A stretch of DNA of 64,000 bases, taken from Candidatus Latescibacterota bacterium. GTDB lineage: Bacteria > Latescibacterota > UBA2968 > UBA8231. The notes under the pieces were generated by a model. The model saw only the letters and a program-made list of their open reading frames with translations, was not told the origin of the DNA and ran no database searches. Below, in pieces: positions 62,042 through 64,000 of this stretch. Positions within the stretch are counted from its first letter, which is position 1; each line of letters opens with the position of its first letter. The translations under genes were made by a program, and so were the position numbers. Where the stretch lies: contig OZ253462.1 in the NCBI GenBank assembly GCA_965261395.1, positions 1,024,001 to 1,088,000 of the forward strand, in the 5' to 3' direction.

Positions 62042-64000
62042 TCAATAAGCCACATGGACCGGAAAGATTGCCTCTTCAGCACCCCGGTCCGCCGCGATCT
62101 TGATCCGGCACAGGTAGATTCCCGGCGGCACCAACTGTCCGTGCTCGTCGCGGCCGTCCCAAGCGAAATTCCACTGACCGGCCTGCCCTAAGTCGCGTCC
62201 GGCGCGTCCTCGCAACGCCCCTGCCAAATCGTAGAAGGCGATGTCCAGCCGCCGCTCTGCCAACACCCGCAAAAGCACGAAACGGCCCTGGAGCAGATCG
62301 TTGATCCCGTCGCCATTCGGGGTAAAAACGCGGGCTACCTGCACATCGTTGATCAACTGGCGGCCGATCGTTTGCAATGAGACGCGTGCCGTACCGCTAG
62401 CGACTAGCTCGGTGGCGTCTTGCGCTTCCGCATCGACGCGCTGGAAAAAGCCCGCAGGATCAGTCGAAGAACGGGCGAAGGCAGGAAAGAGTGCCCCCTC
62501 GCGGAAGGCACGCGAGGCGAATTGCACTTCGACCAAGGCGTGGACGTCCGGGGACAGATCGGCGTTGAGCGAGGCGGGGAAGCGCAAATAAAGCGAGTCG
62601 GGGCCGGTCGGCAGAATCGCTATGGTCCGGCCATCGGCGTCCTGTAAGCGACCATCGGCGTCGGGCGTGAAGACTCGGTCGAAACGGGTCTTGACGACGC
62701 GAGTCGAAAAAATCGCCGGATCGAGATCAGAGGTCTGCCGCTCGACTTCGACTCGGCCTATGCGCACGCCCAGCGGCTCGGCTGCCTGGGGGGCGACGAT
62801 CAATATCTCGTCAACGCCGTCGCGAACGGTCGGGTCGTCGGGGTCAGGCGCGGCGAGGCGTGCGAAATATGAAAAGCGTTGCGGGGTCAGCGGGTTGATG
62901 CCCCTCGGGGGATCGTAGTCCCCAGGCTCGGCACTGAGGTCGCCAATGGGTCGCGCCGTCCCCTGTGGACTCAAAAGTGCCAGTTCACCGGCCAGTTCCA
63001 GCGCCAGCGGTGGTGCCAGATCGATGTGGAACGAGCGAATTCTCGCCGTCTTAAAGGGATCTTTAGAAGAGACCTTGAAGCGAATCTGGACGAATTTGCG
63101 CGGGCTAGGCGAGGTGATGGTGGCTTCGCTGCGGCCGTCCGTGGGCTGGTAGTTCTCGCTCCATTCGCTCCAGCCGACAAAGGCCAGTTCGCCGTCTTTG
63201 GCAAAACTAGAACGCGGTGCTCGGCGCAGTTTACGGCCGTCCTCGTCGATGAGACCGTCGCCGTCGTTGTCGATGAAGTCGATGGGATCCTCGTCGGTGC
63301 TACCGTCTGCGTCGTCGTCTTCGCGCGAGACGTGCTGCTGGCTGACGGGCAGAGTCTGCCAGTAATCCCAAGCCGCCCATTGCAGCGCTAGGGCGTCGTA
63401 GGCTTCCTTGCTTACTTCGCTTCGCTCTTCAGTACCGCCAATCTTGACTACTTCAAAATAGGTGAAGTTGGTGTCAGTATGGTCGGAAGTGCGGGTTTGA
63501 ATATCGAGGCGAATTTCGGGGTGCTGGTCCAACGGCTCGATGCGCTCGACGATTTGGCCGGTGAGGGGGTCTTCGTCTTGTACGACAGCGGCGGCGCTCC
63601 ATGCGATCCGCGGCAGGGTCTTGCGCACGAAGTTGCCGCGGGCGTCGGTGAGGCGAATCGGCGGCGAGTGCAGCGAGATATTGACCGGGTAGCCGACGCC
63701 GTAGAGCTGCATTTCGGCGAGACGGCCGCCATCGCCGCCTTCGCCGCCGAACAGGTTGCGGACCTGCATAAAGCGAATCTTGCGCGGCGCGAACTCCTCG
63801 CCGAACATCAGCACCCTAGCTTGGCGGTTGTCGAACTTATCCTCGCTGATGATGTCGTGCCACAGCAACGCCTCTTCGAGTTGGTCGAAGTCCTCGGCGG
63901 TGGCCAGTTGCACGGGTTTGACTTGGGTGCCGTCGGAGACGAGGAATCCATGACCAGAGAAGGCCGTGTTGTTGCGCTGACGGCGCGTCACCACGTAGAG
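62042..64000 (-). CDS. FlgD Ig-domain protein with acidic Ca-binding-like repeats (5' end outside window)
   Basis: QTRTS, DNDGDGLIDED, WSEWS, FTPNGDGIND, WDGRD...PGIY. Confidence 0.78.
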   Translation of the reverse strand, partial: LYVVTRRQRNNTAFSGHGFLVSDGTQVKPVQLATAEDFDQLEEALLWHDIISEDKFDNRQARVLMFGEEFAPRKIRFMQVRNLFGGEGGDGGRLAEMQLYGVGYPVNISLHSPPIRLTDARGNFVRKTLPRIAWSAAAVVQDEDPLTGQIVERIEPLDQHPEIRLDIQTRTSDHTDTNFTYFEVVKIGGTEERSEVSKEAYDALALQWAAWDYWQTLPVSQQHVSREDDDADGSTDEDPIDFIDNDGDGLIDEDGRKLRRAPRSSFAKDGELAFVGWSEWSENYQPTDGRSEATITSPSPRKFVQIRFKVSSKDPFKTARIRSFHIDLAPPLALELAGELALLSPQGTARPIGDLSAEPGDYDPPRGINPLTPQRFSYFARLAAPDPDDPTVRDGVDEILIVAPQAAEPLGVRIGRVEVERQTSDLDPAIFSTRVVKTRFDRVFTPDADGRLQDADGRTIAILPTGPDSLYLRFPASLNADLSPDVHALVEVQFASRAFREGALFPAFARSSTDPAGFFQRVDAEAQDATELVASGTARVSLQTIGRQLINDVQVARVFTPNGDGINDLLQGRFVLLRVLAERRLDIAFYDLAGALRGRAGRDLGQAGQWNFAWDGRDEHGQLVPPGIYLCRIKIAADRGAEEAIFPVHVAY

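Overview
High-GC bacterial chromosomal segment. Inference only: the gene mix (FlgD-Ig secreted proteins, YWTD-repeat protein, sulfatase, BNR glycosidase, PhyH and UxuA paralogs) resembles marine or sponge-associated Latescibacterota/Gemmatimonadota-like genomes. From left to right: (1) a sigma54 module in which a beta-propeller/AAA+ enhancer-binding protein with no visible membrane anchor lies upstream of a perfect -24/-12 promoter, phased TGAACGAC repeats and four exported thioredoxin-fold paralogs alternating SxxS and CxxC; (2) sugar-acid catabolic genes, a DUF4159/EamA duplication chimera, psd, hemF, sulfatase, glutathione peroxidase and a CinA-like gene; (3) a low-GC relic of a defence island: a methylase 5' stub joined to an hsdS-like 3' stub, then a ComEC-type MBL hydrolase coupled to a membrane-protein gene split by an IS903-group element with 9-bp target duplications; (4) catabolic genes, dgcN-dgcA with a C39-like peptidase, a PhyH-family enzyme with an HxG motif and a Phd/RelE toxin-antitoxin pair; (5) a nitrate/nitrite assimilation cluster in which every gene except the porin carries a lesion; (6) a degenerate M23 protein, groEL with CIRCE but no adjacent groES, a broken YWTD/dockerin protein, lipB, icd, moaC and a third, partial FlgD-Ig protein. 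No rRNA, tRNA or CRISPR array was seen. All family calls come from motif recognition, not database searches.
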